From contig CAWJKD010000002.1 in assembly GCA_963843415.1 (NCBI GenBank), forward strand, positions 322,400 to 386,399: a stretch of 64,000 nucleotides of DNA, read 5' to 3'. This document shows positions 19,295 to 28,800 of the stretch, piece after piece; position 1 is the first letter of the stretch; every line of letters starts with the position of its first letter. The notes under the pieces are model-generated. The model was given only the letters and a program-made list of their open reading frames with translations, did not search any database and had not been told where the DNA came from. Both the position numbers and the translations under genes were made by a program. Source of the DNA: an uncultured Bacteroidota bacterium. GTDB lineage: Bacteria > Bacteroidota > Bacteroidia > Bacteroidales > VadinHA17.

Positions 19295-20362
19295 TTATAG
19301 TTTCTTACAACTGTTCAGAAAGATATCAATAATGTTATTTCTTCTGTCAAACATATCATAAAATTCCTCAATATAAGCAATCATATCCTTTTTTGAATTC
19401 TGATTCAAATAGGGAAATTCATTGATAACTCTGATCATCTCTTCCTTTTTATTAGAGAATTCTTCCAGATCTTTTGTGAAGACTTCCCTTGTCCGGCATA
19501 TCCCGGCAAAAAACCGTTCCCGTATATTGTTGATACCCACATTATCAGCAGGAATTGCGTATGAAGCATTTACAATACCGGTCCAGTCGAAATCATATGG
19601 GATTGCAATCGGCTTATTATTCGCACCGAAATCCGCCGGCCGGAATATTTTGACGTTATGCTCACCAGGGATACCCCAATCGTAGTTGCCGATCATGTAA
19701 TTGAAGATCGCGAGCCTGTCCATCACCCTCTCGGCTATATATTTCTGGTTCAGAGCCTGTTTTGTCTGGATTAAATTTGTCCGGGCAGCTAATATTTCAA
19801 CCGGCTCTATGAAAAATCCATATTGTCTGATCGGCTTCCTTTTTTTAACTGTATCGACATAGTTGATAATAAGTAATCTCACCCTGAAGCTTGTATCCGT
19901 CATCACATTAAACAACTTATAGGTCAGATACTCCCTCAGGAGATAATATTCATATTCTTTTCTTGTATCACATTGTGCCACGAGCTTTATTTTACCAATT
20001 TTGTTCAGATCAGCATAGCCGAAATCAACCTTTTTAAAGTTCAGTTCAATAGGTGCGAAGTAGCAGTTCATATTACGGTATTCCCCTCGCGTTCTTAGTC
20101 TTATATTCTTGTTAATTGAGTCTGATCCACTGAAATTAAAAGTCATACTGGCTTTTATATACTCTTCCTTTGGTTTGGTTCTTAAATAAGTATTCATATC
20201 GAACCTCAGGGAGATCTCAATGGGCTCATCGTTTTCAAAAAGTCCGAAATTCTTTAGGGTAGATAGTGAAGCCTGGGATTCAGTGACGGTATCATTCTGA
20301 CCAGAAACCGGTAAAACCAGCAAAGGTATCAGACAAATCAGAAAGATGATCTTTATTTTCAC
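19295..20362 (-). CDS. Secreted hypothetical protein, possibly a distant CotH-like fold
   Basis: 355 aa with signal peptide MKIKIIFLICLIPLLVLPVSGQ. The blocks RLRTRGEYRN..C, LLREYLTYKLFN and MIGNYDWGIPGEHNVKIF...IPYDFDWTG parallel the order of CotH motifs. The assignment is by eye only. Confidence 0.5.
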   Translation of the reverse strand: MKIKIIFLICLIPLLVLPVSGQNDTVTESQASLSTLKNFGLFENDEPIEISLRFDMNTYLRTKPKEEYIKASMTFNFSGSDSINKNIRLRTRGEYRNMNCYFAPIELNFKKVDFGYADLNKIGKIKLVAQCDTRKEYEYYLLREYLTYKLFNVMTDTSFRVRLLIINYVDTVKKRKPIRQYGFFIEPVEILAARTNLIQTKQALNQKYIAERVMDRLAIFNYMIGNYDWGIPGEHNVKIFRPADFGANNKPIAIPYDFDWTGIVNASYAIPADNVGINNIRERFFAGICRTREVFTKDLEEFSNKKEEMIRVINEFPYLNQNSKKDMIAYIEEFYDMFDRRNNIIDIFLNSCKKL

Positions 20363-20671
20363 ATTATTAGGATTAATGCCTGTTGTCTGATTCTCTTTAC
20401 ATTATAAAGTAAAGTTAAGAAAATATTTAATTCAGGAATATTACACTCCAAATAAAATATAACTGAAGTGGATTTTGATGACCATTTATAGGAGGAGGAG
20501 AAACCTTTTCAGGATGACAACCGGCCACCGGTTTCCTGCTTCCGGAAAGCCAAGGGACTGTGTGATGATAAGACCGTGCGATTACTTAATTGAATTATTC
20601 ACGACTGCAAGACAACTTTTATTTGACTTGTGTTCAACACTTTTGTAACTTTAACAAAATGATATAGTAAT

Positions 20672-23113
20672 ATGTCCAGTTTAATAGCAGGTTACGAATA
20701 TGATATCTTTATCAGCTACCGCCAGAAAGACAATAAATATGACGGATGGGTTACTGAGTTTGTGGATAATCTACAAAGGGAACTGGAAGCAACATTTAAA
20801 GAGGATATCAGTGTTTATTTTGATATCAATCCTCATGACGGGCTATTAGAGACTCATGATGTTGATGCCTCGCTGAAGGAGAAAATGAAGTGTCTGATCT
20901 TTATTCCGATTATTTCACGTACTTATTGCGATCCTAAATCTTTTGCGTGGGAACATGAATTTAAAGCCTTTATTGAACAGGCTTCAAAGGATCAATTCGG
21001 ACTTAAGGTTAAGTTGCCAAATGGGAATGTTGCAGGCAGAGTTTTACCGGTCCGCATACATCAGCTTGATAATGATGACATTAAATTGTGTGAGTCCCTT
21101 CTGGGAGGTGTGCTCAGGGGAGTTGAATTCATTTACAAATCTGCCGGTGTAAACCGGCCTTTAAGATTAAAAGAAGATAATCCGCACGATAATCTTAACA
21201 GAACAATTTACCGCGATCAGATAAATAAAGTAGCAAATTCAATCAGTGAGATTATCTCCGGCCTGAAAATAATTCAACCTTCTCCTACAGGGTTAAAGAC
21301 TGAAGCAATTACTGCTTCTGATGCCGGAACTTCAGAAGAATCTGATGCCATGCACAATCCGATTGGAAAAGTGTCTGATAAACGACATTTAGCAAAGTTT
21401 TATGAGCCAAAAAGAAGAAGATTGATCTATTCATTAACATCTTCCGCAGTTGTTATCCTGTCGCTCGTAACACTGCTCCTTTTTTCCAGTGGGAGTACTT
21501 TCCCGTTCTCTAAACGGGATTGGGTATTAATAACTGATTTTGAGAACCTTACAAAAGACAGCGTTTTTAATAAATCTCTTTATACTGCATTCTCCCTTAG
21601 TACAAGTCAATCAAGATATGTTAACGTTTTTCCAAGATCAAGGATGATTGAAGCCCTTGAAATGATGGATCTTAAGGATCAGACATCAGTCAACGAGATA
21701 ACAGGAAGGGAGATGGCAGAGCGTAAAGGGATTAACATTTATATCGTACCCAGCATCAGTGAAGTCGGAAAAAGATATGTAATTACTGCAAAGATTATTG
21801 ATGTGAAATCAGATGATCTTCTTAGTTCAGAAATATTATATGCAGAAACGAAGGATGCAATTCTGCCGGTCTTGGATAAGTTGTGCAGAAAACTGAGAAG
21901 AACGCTGGGGGAATCAAGATATAATATTGCAACTCAGGATAAACCATTAAAGACAGTTACAACCTCATCTCTGGAAGCTTTAAAGTTATATTCCCTGGGT
22001 ATTGATCATCATCTCAAGCTTGATTTCGTTGGAGCCAGGGGTTATTATGAAAACGCATTGAAGATCGATTCAGGATTTACTTCTGCAAAGGCTTCACTCG
22101 GATCTATTCTGTTGGAGAGATTCAACGTTCAGGATAAAGGACGGGAGTTATTGGATGAAGCAGTTAAATCAGCTGATAACCTTACTGACAGAGAAAAATA
22201 TGGGATAATTGCATTCCATGCTGTAAATGTTGAAAAAGATATTAAAAAGGGAATTGAAAATACAAGGGTGCTGTCAAGATTGTATCCTGACGATCCGGTT
22301 CCGCATAATAACCTTGGATATTATTATAAGTTGACCGGACAGTTTGAAGACGCTGTCAGAGAGTATAAGATAGCTATACGCTTAGATCCTGCCCAGGCTC
22401 TGAGCTATGGTGGCATCTTATGGATTTATTTTGAGGATCTGGGAAGGGTCGACTCACTGTTAATATGGTCCGGTAAGATGATCGCGGATAATCCGCAGAA
22501 CGCCTGGGGGTATATGTATCAGGGTTCTGCATGGTTCATGATGGACAGCCTTGATAAGGCTGAAGCCTCTCTTGTGAAATCCAGGGAGATTAATCCCCGG
22601 CTGACCCTGAACCTTTTTATCCTCAGCCATACTTATCGCCGCTCAGGGCGTTATAATGATGCAGTTAGTATTCTTAAAAACATTCTTGAAATAGAGCCGA
22701 CAGAATTCGCAGCTTATTATGTGCAGGGTGTAGTATATCAGTCAATGGGAAAGCCTGAAGAAGCCAGGGAATATTTTACCACTTTCAGAGAGAAAATTTC
22801 GGAATTCTGGATAAAATGGTGGCCCGATGATGTTGGTACATATGCCTCAATTGCTGCAGTGTCGGCAAGGCTTGGCGATATGGCATCTTCTGAAGAGATG
22901 CTTAAGAAAGCTCTTGAAATAGATTCCACAGCGCATGAACGCTTTGCTGAAGTCCTTTGTTTACAGGGGAAAGTGTCTGAAGCTCTTGATGAACTGACAA
23001 AAGACCTGGATAATGGGTACCGAAACCTTTACCAGTTAAAGGCAGCTCCTGACCTTCAGATATTGGATTATGATGTCCGGTTCCGTAACCTGCTTGAAAA
23101 ATATTTTAAATAG
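20672..23113 (+). CDS. TIR domain - TM helix - periplasmic TolB-N-like module - TPR repeat protein
   Basis: 813 aa.
- N-terminal TIR hallmarks: YDIFISYRQKDN, FIPIISRTYCDPKSFAWEHEF.
- One TM helix: SAVVILSLVTLLLF.
- These are followed by TPR-like repeats: YYENALKIDSGF, YKIAIRLDPAQA, KNILEIEPTEF.
- It is a paralog of 56901-59222. Confidence 0.8.
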   Translation: MSSLIAGYEYDIFISYRQKDNKYDGWVTEFVDNLQRELEATFKEDISVYFDINPHDGLLETHDVDASLKEKMKCLIFIPIISRTYCDPKSFAWEHEFKAFIEQASKDQFGLKVKLPNGNVAGRVLPVRIHQLDNDDIKLCESLLGGVLRGVEFIYKSAGVNRPLRLKEDNPHDNLNRTIYRDQINKVANSISEIISGLKIIQPSPTGLKTEAITASDAGTSEESDAMHNPIGKVSDKRHLAKFYEPKRRRLIYSLTSSAVVILSLVTLLLFSSGSTFPFSKRDWVLITDFENLTKDSVFNKSLYTAFSLSTSQSRYVNVFPRSRMIEALEMMDLKDQTSVNEITGREMAERKGINIYIVPSISEVGKRYVITAKIIDVKSDDLLSSEILYAETKDAILPVLDKLCRKLRRTLGESRYNIATQDKPLKTVTTSSLEALKLYSLGIDHHLKLDFVGARGYYENALKIDSGFTSAKASLGSILLERFNVQDKGRELLDEAVKSADNLTDREKYGIIAFHAVNVEKDIKKGIENTRVLSRLYPDDPVPHNNLGYYYKLTGQFEDAVREYKIAIRLDPAQALSYGGILWIYFEDLGRVDSLLIWSGKMIADNPQNAWGYMYQGSAWFMMDSLDKAEASLVKSREINPRLTLNLFILSHTYRRSGRYNDAVSILKNILEIEPTEFAAYYVQGVVYQSMGKPEEAREYFTTFREKISEFWIKWWPDDVGTYASIAAVSARLGDMASSEEMLKKALEIDSTAHERFAEVLCLQGKVSEALDELTKDLDNGYRNLYQLKAAPDLQILDYDVRFRNLLEKYFK

Positions 23114-23141
23114 GGGAGAGCATATATCAGCTTTTACAGTT

Positions 23142-24365
23142 ATGAAACTCAATTGGAAGTTTTCTTTCACATTTTTGTTTTACATCCTTACTATCTCCGT
23201 TTCCAATAGCCAACCTCTCCAGTCGGATTATATAAAGTTAAACCTGACTGATCCGGGCAGAAAAATTGAAAATTCTATTTGTTTTAATATCACTAATTCA
23301 GCATACGAAAATATTAAAACCACCACCGGACAAAAAGTTAATATAAAAGCGACTGCACTGGTAATAAACGGGGATACTATTGAACCAGAAGAAATAAGAA
23401 CAAGGGGAAAGTCAACACTGTATATGAGAAGGAAAAGTTACAATTTCAGTCTCAGAGCAGAAGCTTCATTTCATCATGGTGAAACATCAGAAACATTCAA
23501 AAAGTTCTATGTATTGAGCCTTTCAATGGACAAGAACTACAGCAGTAACCGCCTGGCATTGGAAATGATGGAAGCTTCGGGACTTTTTAACCTTTTCTAT
23601 TCTTTTTGCGAATTACAGATAAATGGTAATAGTGAAGGGATCTGTATGGTCATTGAACGTCCGGAGGATTGGGCGATGAAAAAGAAAGATTCACCACTTG
23701 TAATACGCAGGGGATTCAATAACGAAATAGATAAAATCAAAACTGGGAAAAAAACCGATAAGGAGGATACTAAAAAGTACCGGGACAATTTCAGACAAAT
23801 TTACAGGTCAATGCATAAATATGAAGGAGAGGAGCTTTATAATAATCTTGCAGGGTGGCTCGACATAAATACTTATATGAAATGGCTTGCTTTCAATTTC
23901 TTCGTCAGGAATGGTGACTATACTGATGAGGTCTGGTTCTTTGTCGATCCGGCTACTGAAAAATTCGGCATCATCCCATGGGATTATGATGACCTGTTTG
24001 CCAGCGCCCCTCATGAAAGAAATCTTGAAAGCATAAGGGCTCTTGGAGGCAAGTTGTTTTTTTCAACCGAAGATCTGCTTGATAAAAAGATAGTTAATGA
24101 CCCGTACCTGTACAGGATCTATCTTGCTCAATTTAAGGAATTGATGGAACAGTTATCACCTGATGTTTTAAAACGTGTTTTTGAAAATACTTATGCAGAG
24201 TTACACCCATATTATTCAAACTATAAGATCATCAGTAATTCGAAATATGATCTTCGTGGGGAAACTAATTTATCGGAAATGGAAAGCAACTTGCAGTCAT
24301 TATATGAACAGTTGGTAACTCACAGAGAAGTCTATTTGAAATATCTTGAAGACAATATTTTTTAG
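23142..24365 (+). CDS. CotH kinase family protein (secreted)
   Basis: The ATG at 23142 gives MKLNWKFSFTFLFYILTISVSNSQ, a signal peptide. The ORF-track start at 23070 would overlap the TIR gene. CotH-like blocks are IRTRGKSTLYMRRKSYNF, NGNSEGICMVIERPE and RNGDYTDEVWFFVDP...GIIPWDYDDLF. Confidence 0.75.
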   Translation: MKLNWKFSFTFLFYILTISVSNSQPLQSDYIKLNLTDPGRKIENSICFNITNSAYENIKTTTGQKVNIKATALVINGDTIEPEEIRTRGKSTLYMRRKSYNFSLRAEASFHHGETSETFKKFYVLSLSMDKNYSSNRLALEMMEASGLFNLFYSFCELQINGNSEGICMVIERPEDWAMKKKDSPLVIRRGFNNEIDKIKTGKKTDKEDTKKYRDNFRQIYRSMHKYEGEELYNNLAGWLDINTYMKWLAFNFFVRNGDYTDEVWFFVDPATEKFGIIPWDYDDLFASAPHERNLESIRALGGKLFFSTEDLLDKKIVNDPYLYRIYLAQFKELMEQLSPDVLKRVFENTYAELHPYYSNYKIISNSKYDLRGETNLSEMESNLQSLYEQLVTHREVYLKYLEDNIF

Positions 24366-24424
24366 CTGCCCGGCTCAATGTTTGAAGTAAGCAGCAAACA
24401 TTTGACTTTTATTTAAACATGGCG

Positions 24425-24432
24425 TAACTTTG
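24425..24432 (+). promoter_or_regulatory. Bacteroidota -7 promoter box TAACTTTG with an upstream TTTG
   Basis: TAACTTTG matches the TAnnTTTG consensus, and a TTTG lies about 20 nt upstream. It is 75 nt upstream of the 24507 start codon. The same extended 12-mer, TAACTTTGGTAT, precedes the TIR gene at 59222. Confidence 0.45.
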
Positions 24433-24506
24433 GTATAAGGAAAAGAGAGTTGTATATAACCTTTCTTCTTTTCAGTTGTTAAATTATAAATAAAGCGATT
24501 TTTAAA

Positions 24507-25190
24507 ATGAAAATTAAATTATTATTAATAGTACTTATCTCTTTCACAATGTTTTCCGGTATGACTGCCCAGAAAACCAGAAAGATGATAACTATAACCG
24601 GTAAAGTATCCGATTTGTTTAAATACCCGGTTTATGGGGCTGTAGTTTTAATTGATGGAAAAGATACAGGGATAAAGACCAACGATAATGGAGATTTTAA
24701 GATCAAAGTCAGTCCATCAGATTTAAATATCGGCATTTTTACTACTTCTTCAGGAGTTTCAGAAGAACCGATTAATGGAAGAACAAGAATAAATTTCCTT
24801 CTTGATAAATATGTCCCTGCGGCAATAGCCCCTGAAAGGGACCTCGAGGGACAAAAAGTTATCGATGATGGGTACAGTTCTGCCAGAAAAAGGAATATGA
24901 CAATGCCTGCTACTACAACTGATGTAAGCGGCCGGGAATTTGCTTCTTTTACAACTATCTATGAGATGCTGAGGATGGTCCCGGGTGTTGCTGTAGTAGC
25001 AGGAGGAACAGAGACTGATGTCTTTCTTAGGAATCAGACTCCTTTATTCGTCGTAAACGGATCAGTTTTAAATTCTATCAGTTCAATCGATCCTTCAATG
25101 GTTAAATCCATTGTTGTTCTGAAAGGTCCGTCCGCTTCAGTTTATGGGTTGCAGGGAGCAAATGGAGTAATAATATTCGAAATGAAATAA
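24507..25190 (+). CDS. Small exported protein: CarboxypepD_reg-like domain plus TonB-dependent-receptor plug-like domain, with no beta-barrel
   Basis: 227 aa with a signal peptide. ITGKVSD..PVYGAVVLIDGKDTGIKTNDNGDFKI is the carboxypeptidase-regulatory-like fold. MLRMVPGVAV...LFVVNGS...IVVLKGPSASVYGLQGANGVIIFEMK is SusC/TBDR plug-like. The ORF stops where a barrel would begin. Confidence 0.65.
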   Translation: MKIKLLLIVLISFTMFSGMTAQKTRKMITITGKVSDLFKYPVYGAVVLIDGKDTGIKTNDNGDFKIKVSPSDLNIGIFTTSSGVSEEPINGRTRINFLLDKYVPAAIAPERDLEGQKVIDDGYSSARKRNMTMPATTTDVSGREFASFTTIYEMLRMVPGVAVVAGGTETDVFLRNQTPLFVVNGSVLNSISSIDPSMVKSIVVLKGPSASVYGLQGANGVIIFEMK

Positions 25191-25243
25191 ACAAGATCTG
25201 AAATTCATTACTTTGTTAACTGTATGCCCACGGAAGTATTCTA

Positions 25244-25398
25244 GTCACTCCGTTAACCGGTTTTAATTTATACGGATTAGCTTCGCTGATCCGGTTCTGG
25301 GGGCCCCAACAACCAAAAACCGTCACTCCGTTATCCTTTTTTATTTATACGGATTAGCTTCGCTGATCCGGTTCTGGAGGCCCCAACAACCAAAAACC
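25244..25398. repeat. Two tandem ~78-bp direct repeats (25244-25321 and 25322-25398), with a diverged third unit running to about 25518
   Basis: The units share GTCACTCCGTTA...ATTTATACGGATTAGCTTCGCTGATCCGGTTCTGG(G/A)GGCCCCAACAACCAAAAACC. The 3' 17-mer CCAACAACCAAAAACCG is the reverse complement of the sequence abutting the 3' end of tRNA-Val (25506-25520). Confidence 0.8.
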
Positions 25399-25428
25399 GT
25401 CACTCCGCCTGCGGCGTCGTTCCCCGTT

Positions 25429-25508
25429 TTTTATTTTATACGCCCTTTTAAGAGCAAGCTCTTAACGGGCGTATAAAATAAAAACCGGTCCCGCTTTCGC
25501 GGGATCGG
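25429..25508. terminator. Two consecutive strong hairpins (25429-25483 and 25485-25508) downstream of tRNA-Val
   Basis: The first is TTTTATTTTATACGCCC...GGGCGTATAAAATAAAA, with 17-bp arms, A/T runs on both sides and a palindromic centre TTAAGAGCaaGCTCTTAA. The second is CCGGTCCCGC-TTTC-GCGGGATCGG. Confidence 0.6.
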
Positions 25509-25518
25509 TTTTTGGTTG

Positions 25519-25593
25519 TGGGCGATTACGGATTCGAACCGCAGACCCTCTGCTTGTAAGGCAGATGCTCTGAACCAGCTGAGCTAATCGCCC
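25519..25593 (-). tRNA. tRNA-Val (anticodon TAC)
   Basis: The reverse complement GGGCGATTAGCTCAGCTGGTTCAGAGCATCTGCCTTACAAGCAGAGGGTCTGCGGTTCGAATCCGTAATCGCCCA folds as a cloverleaf. It has a 7-bp acceptor stem, anticodon loop CTTACAA and T-loop TTCGAAT. CCA is not encoded. Confidence 0.93.
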
Positions 25594-25606
25594 TGAAAAG
25601 AGACTG

Positions 25607-25614
25607 CAAATATA
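25607..25614 (-). promoter_or_regulatory. -7 promoter box TATATTTG for tRNA-Val
   Basis: The reverse complement of CAAATATA is TATATTTG (TAnnTTTG). It lies 14 nt upstream of the mature tRNA 5' end. Confidence 0.55.
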
Positions 25615-25841
25615 AAGGACATTTTAAATTCTGCAAAATAAAACCTCCCGCAATATTAATTGCCATTGTTAATATGTTGAAAACACTTGAAAAATATAGT
25701 GTTACAAGTGAACTAAAATTTCTTAAATTCGCTTGAGTTTATTATCATGCGAGAAATATGTGGATTAAACCTGATCATCTGCATTATCTTAGTATTAGAT
25801 GTTATGTGATGCAATAACTGATTAAACTGAACCTGACCTCT

Positions 25842-28800
25842 ATGAAACATGTGAGCTGTTCTTCAGTAATAAATCCGGATAAAAAATTTCTTACCCGGAA
25901 AAATACCTCTTTGTCCCGTATTCTGTTTTCCGATTTACATGTACTCCCATCATTTAAACAAATACATGTCAGCCTGATATTCCTTTGTACATGCTTGTTG
26001 CTCCTCTGCAGCCCAATATCTTTGCATGCAAAAATAAAATCAGCCGAAAATATTCTCTCACCGGTACTCCCTCCGGTTGCTATATGTAAGAATATTACTG
26101 TTCAGCTGGGTTCGGGAGGATCAGTCACTGTAACAGGTTCCCAGATCAATGGCGGGTCATACGATCCCGACGGTACAATAACAAGCCTGGTTGCTTCTCC
26201 TGGTACATTTACATGTTCAAACACCGGACCAAATAATGTAACTCTGACTGTTACTGATAACACCGGGATGACTGCCACATGTACAGCAATAGTAAACGTT
26301 CGGGACAATACTCCACCGGTAATGGTATGTAAAAATATAACTTTGTATCTTGGCCAGTCAGGCTCTGCAACAATAAATCCCGCGGATTTAAATAACGGTT
26401 CATCTGATAATTGTCCGGGAACATTGATATTCTATATCAGCCGTACAAACTTTTCCTGTTCAGATGTTGGTGCCCCGGTATCAGTAACCCTTACAGGAAC
26501 TGATGCTTCCGGAAATACTGCATTCTGTACCTCACAGGTCACTGTTCTTGACACAGTACCTCCGGTTGTAAATGTGAAAACCTTTACACTGGTTCTGGAT
26601 TCTGACGGGACAAGTACTCTGCTGCCTGCCAATATCGATAACGGATCATTCGATAACTGTGGGACTGTTACTCTTTCAGTTTCGCCGGATACTTTTACCT
26701 GCGGCAGTGTGGGGAAAAGAACAGTGACCCTTACAGCTACAGATTCTCAGGGGAATTCATCATCGAAAAATGTCACTATTAAAGTAGAGTCATCTGTTAA
26801 GATTGAAAGTATGGCGCTGAATAATTGTGATCTTGCCGTACCTTACGCCCTCTACAAAGCAAATATCAATGGTGTTGACTCTCTTTATACATATTTCTGG
26901 GACGGACTTGAGGATCTGGTAAAACCGTTCCTCTCTTTTATACCTAACCCTCCTTACCTGATTCCGACAAATACCAGTACATTGAGGACACCCTTCTTCA
27001 ATAATGCCACATTACCTGACGGGACTTATCATATCAGACTGATCGTAAGCGATAGTATCGGATGCAGGGATACATCTGAGATGGTTTTCACTAAATCCGG
27101 CCCGGTATTTAATAATATCACAGGCATATTTTCAGAAACATGCGAAGGCAGCACCCAGATTTATACTGTTAACAGGGACTCAGGTGCATTATACACCTGG
27201 GCAATTGAAAACGGGACAATCCTTTCTGCAGATCAGGATACTAACCGGATAGAGGTGCAATGGGATTTAGGAGTTCCACAGGGGGTCGTGAGCGCAACTG
27301 TTACAAAACCGAACATCGCCGGTGATCCTTGTGTGTCCTATATGATCGATACTGTGAAAATTAATTCTGTACCTGCGCCAGTTTTTGATACACCGGCACT
27401 TGTCGCCTGCTCAGATTCAGAGTACACATATACTTTGTTAAGCAGCTTCCTGTCACACACGTGGAGCGTTACAGGAGGGTATATAACCGCAGGAGGATCT
27501 TCCGGAGATAGTTTTGTTAAAGTCCGATGGGGAGCAGTACCTGCAGGCCGGGTAACAATAAGCGCCGGGAATATCTTCACATGTTCCGGTTCGGCATTTG
27601 TGGACGTCGCTATTGACAATCTTAGCGGTTCTGTTACATCACTGACAAATATTTCCTGCAATGGTGGTTCTGACGGAAAGGTTACCGTTGCGGTAACCCC
27701 GGGGTCAGGACAGCCTCCATATTTATACTCTCTGGACGGAGGGGCATTTGTCGTAAGCGGTTCTTTTGCAGGTATCTCACTTGGTAACCATATTGTGACG
27801 ATAAGAGATGCAAACCTTTGTACTTTCGAAGTCCCCTTCGTTATCACACAACCTTCGGTACCCCTTGCCAGCTCGGCATCTGTAACGAATGTGTCATGTT
27901 TTGGAGCCAGTACCGGGACAGTCAACCTGACAGTAACGGGAGGGACTGCACCATATACATTCCTATGGAACAATGGAGCAGTGACAGAAGATCTTACAAA
28001 TGTTACAGCCGGAGTATATGCAGTAACTGTTACAGATGCAAATTTATGTACGACTTCATCTGCGGCAACAGTAGCACAACCCACAGCAGCATTAAGCGGA
28101 ACTGCAGCTGTAACCAATGTGGCATGTTATGGAGGTTCAACAGGAGCAGTTAACCTTACAGTATCCGGAGGCACAATGCCATATACATTCCTGTGGAGTA
28201 ATGGTTCAGTTACGGAAGATCTGGTAAATGTCGCAGCCGGCGTATATTCAGTGACAATTACAGATGCAAATGCATGTACCACAACAGCTTCAGCGACAGT
28301 AGCACAACCTGCCGCAGCCCTGAACGGAACAACTGCGGTGACTAATGTGGCTTGTTTTGGGAACGCCACGGGAGTCGTTAATCTGACAGTAACCGGTGGA
28401 ACGGCGCCATATACGTACTTCTGGAGCAACGGAGCAGTAACAGAAGATCTGACGAATATTACAGCAGGTGTATATACAGTAACTATCACGGATGTAAATT
28501 CCTGTACAACAGTGGCTTCAGGAACTGTCACACAACCGGCAGCAGCCCTGAGCGGCACTACATCTGTGATAAATGTAGCCTGTTTTGGAGGTGCAACAGG
28601 ATCAGTTAACCTGACGGTAACCGGAGGCACTACTCCATATTCTTTCCTGTGGAGTAACAGTGCAGTTACGGAAGATCTGGTCAACGTGGCTGTGGGTGTT
28701 TATACAGTTACCATTACTGATGCAAATTCATGTACTACTGTTGCATCAGGAACTGTTACACAGCCGGCAGCAGCATTGAACGGAACGACAGCAGTAACAA

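Noticed and set aside
20460-20651. A GC-rich patch upstream of the first TIR gene. I considered it as SRP RNA or a riboswitch (CCGGAAAGCCAAGG and GATGAC-like strings), and as a 57-aa Arg-rich ORF at 20478-20651.
   Set aside because: The SRP-like blocks are in the wrong order on both strands for a domain IV fold. I could not build a convincing known-family structure. The ORF is short, has no homolog I recognise, and overlaps the likely promoter.
23070-23141. A 5' extension of the CotH ORF (MMSGSVTCLKNILNRGEHISAFTV...).
   Set aside because: It would overlap the TIR gene end by 44 nt and would precede the obvious signal peptide that begins at the ATG at 23142.
25244-25398. A possible mini-CRISPR array, because of the ~78-bp period.
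   Set aside because: About 66 of every 78 bp are conserved between units. Only ~10 bp vary, so there are no spacer-sized unique segments. There are just two full units, and no cas genes are in the window.
27338-28684. Long minus-strand ORFs (259 aa and 185 aa) inside the adhesin gene.
   Set aside because: They are antisense to the SprB-type repeats. Their length comes from the repeated, stop-poor Thr/Val/Gly codon composition, and the same artefact repeats with the 228-bp period.
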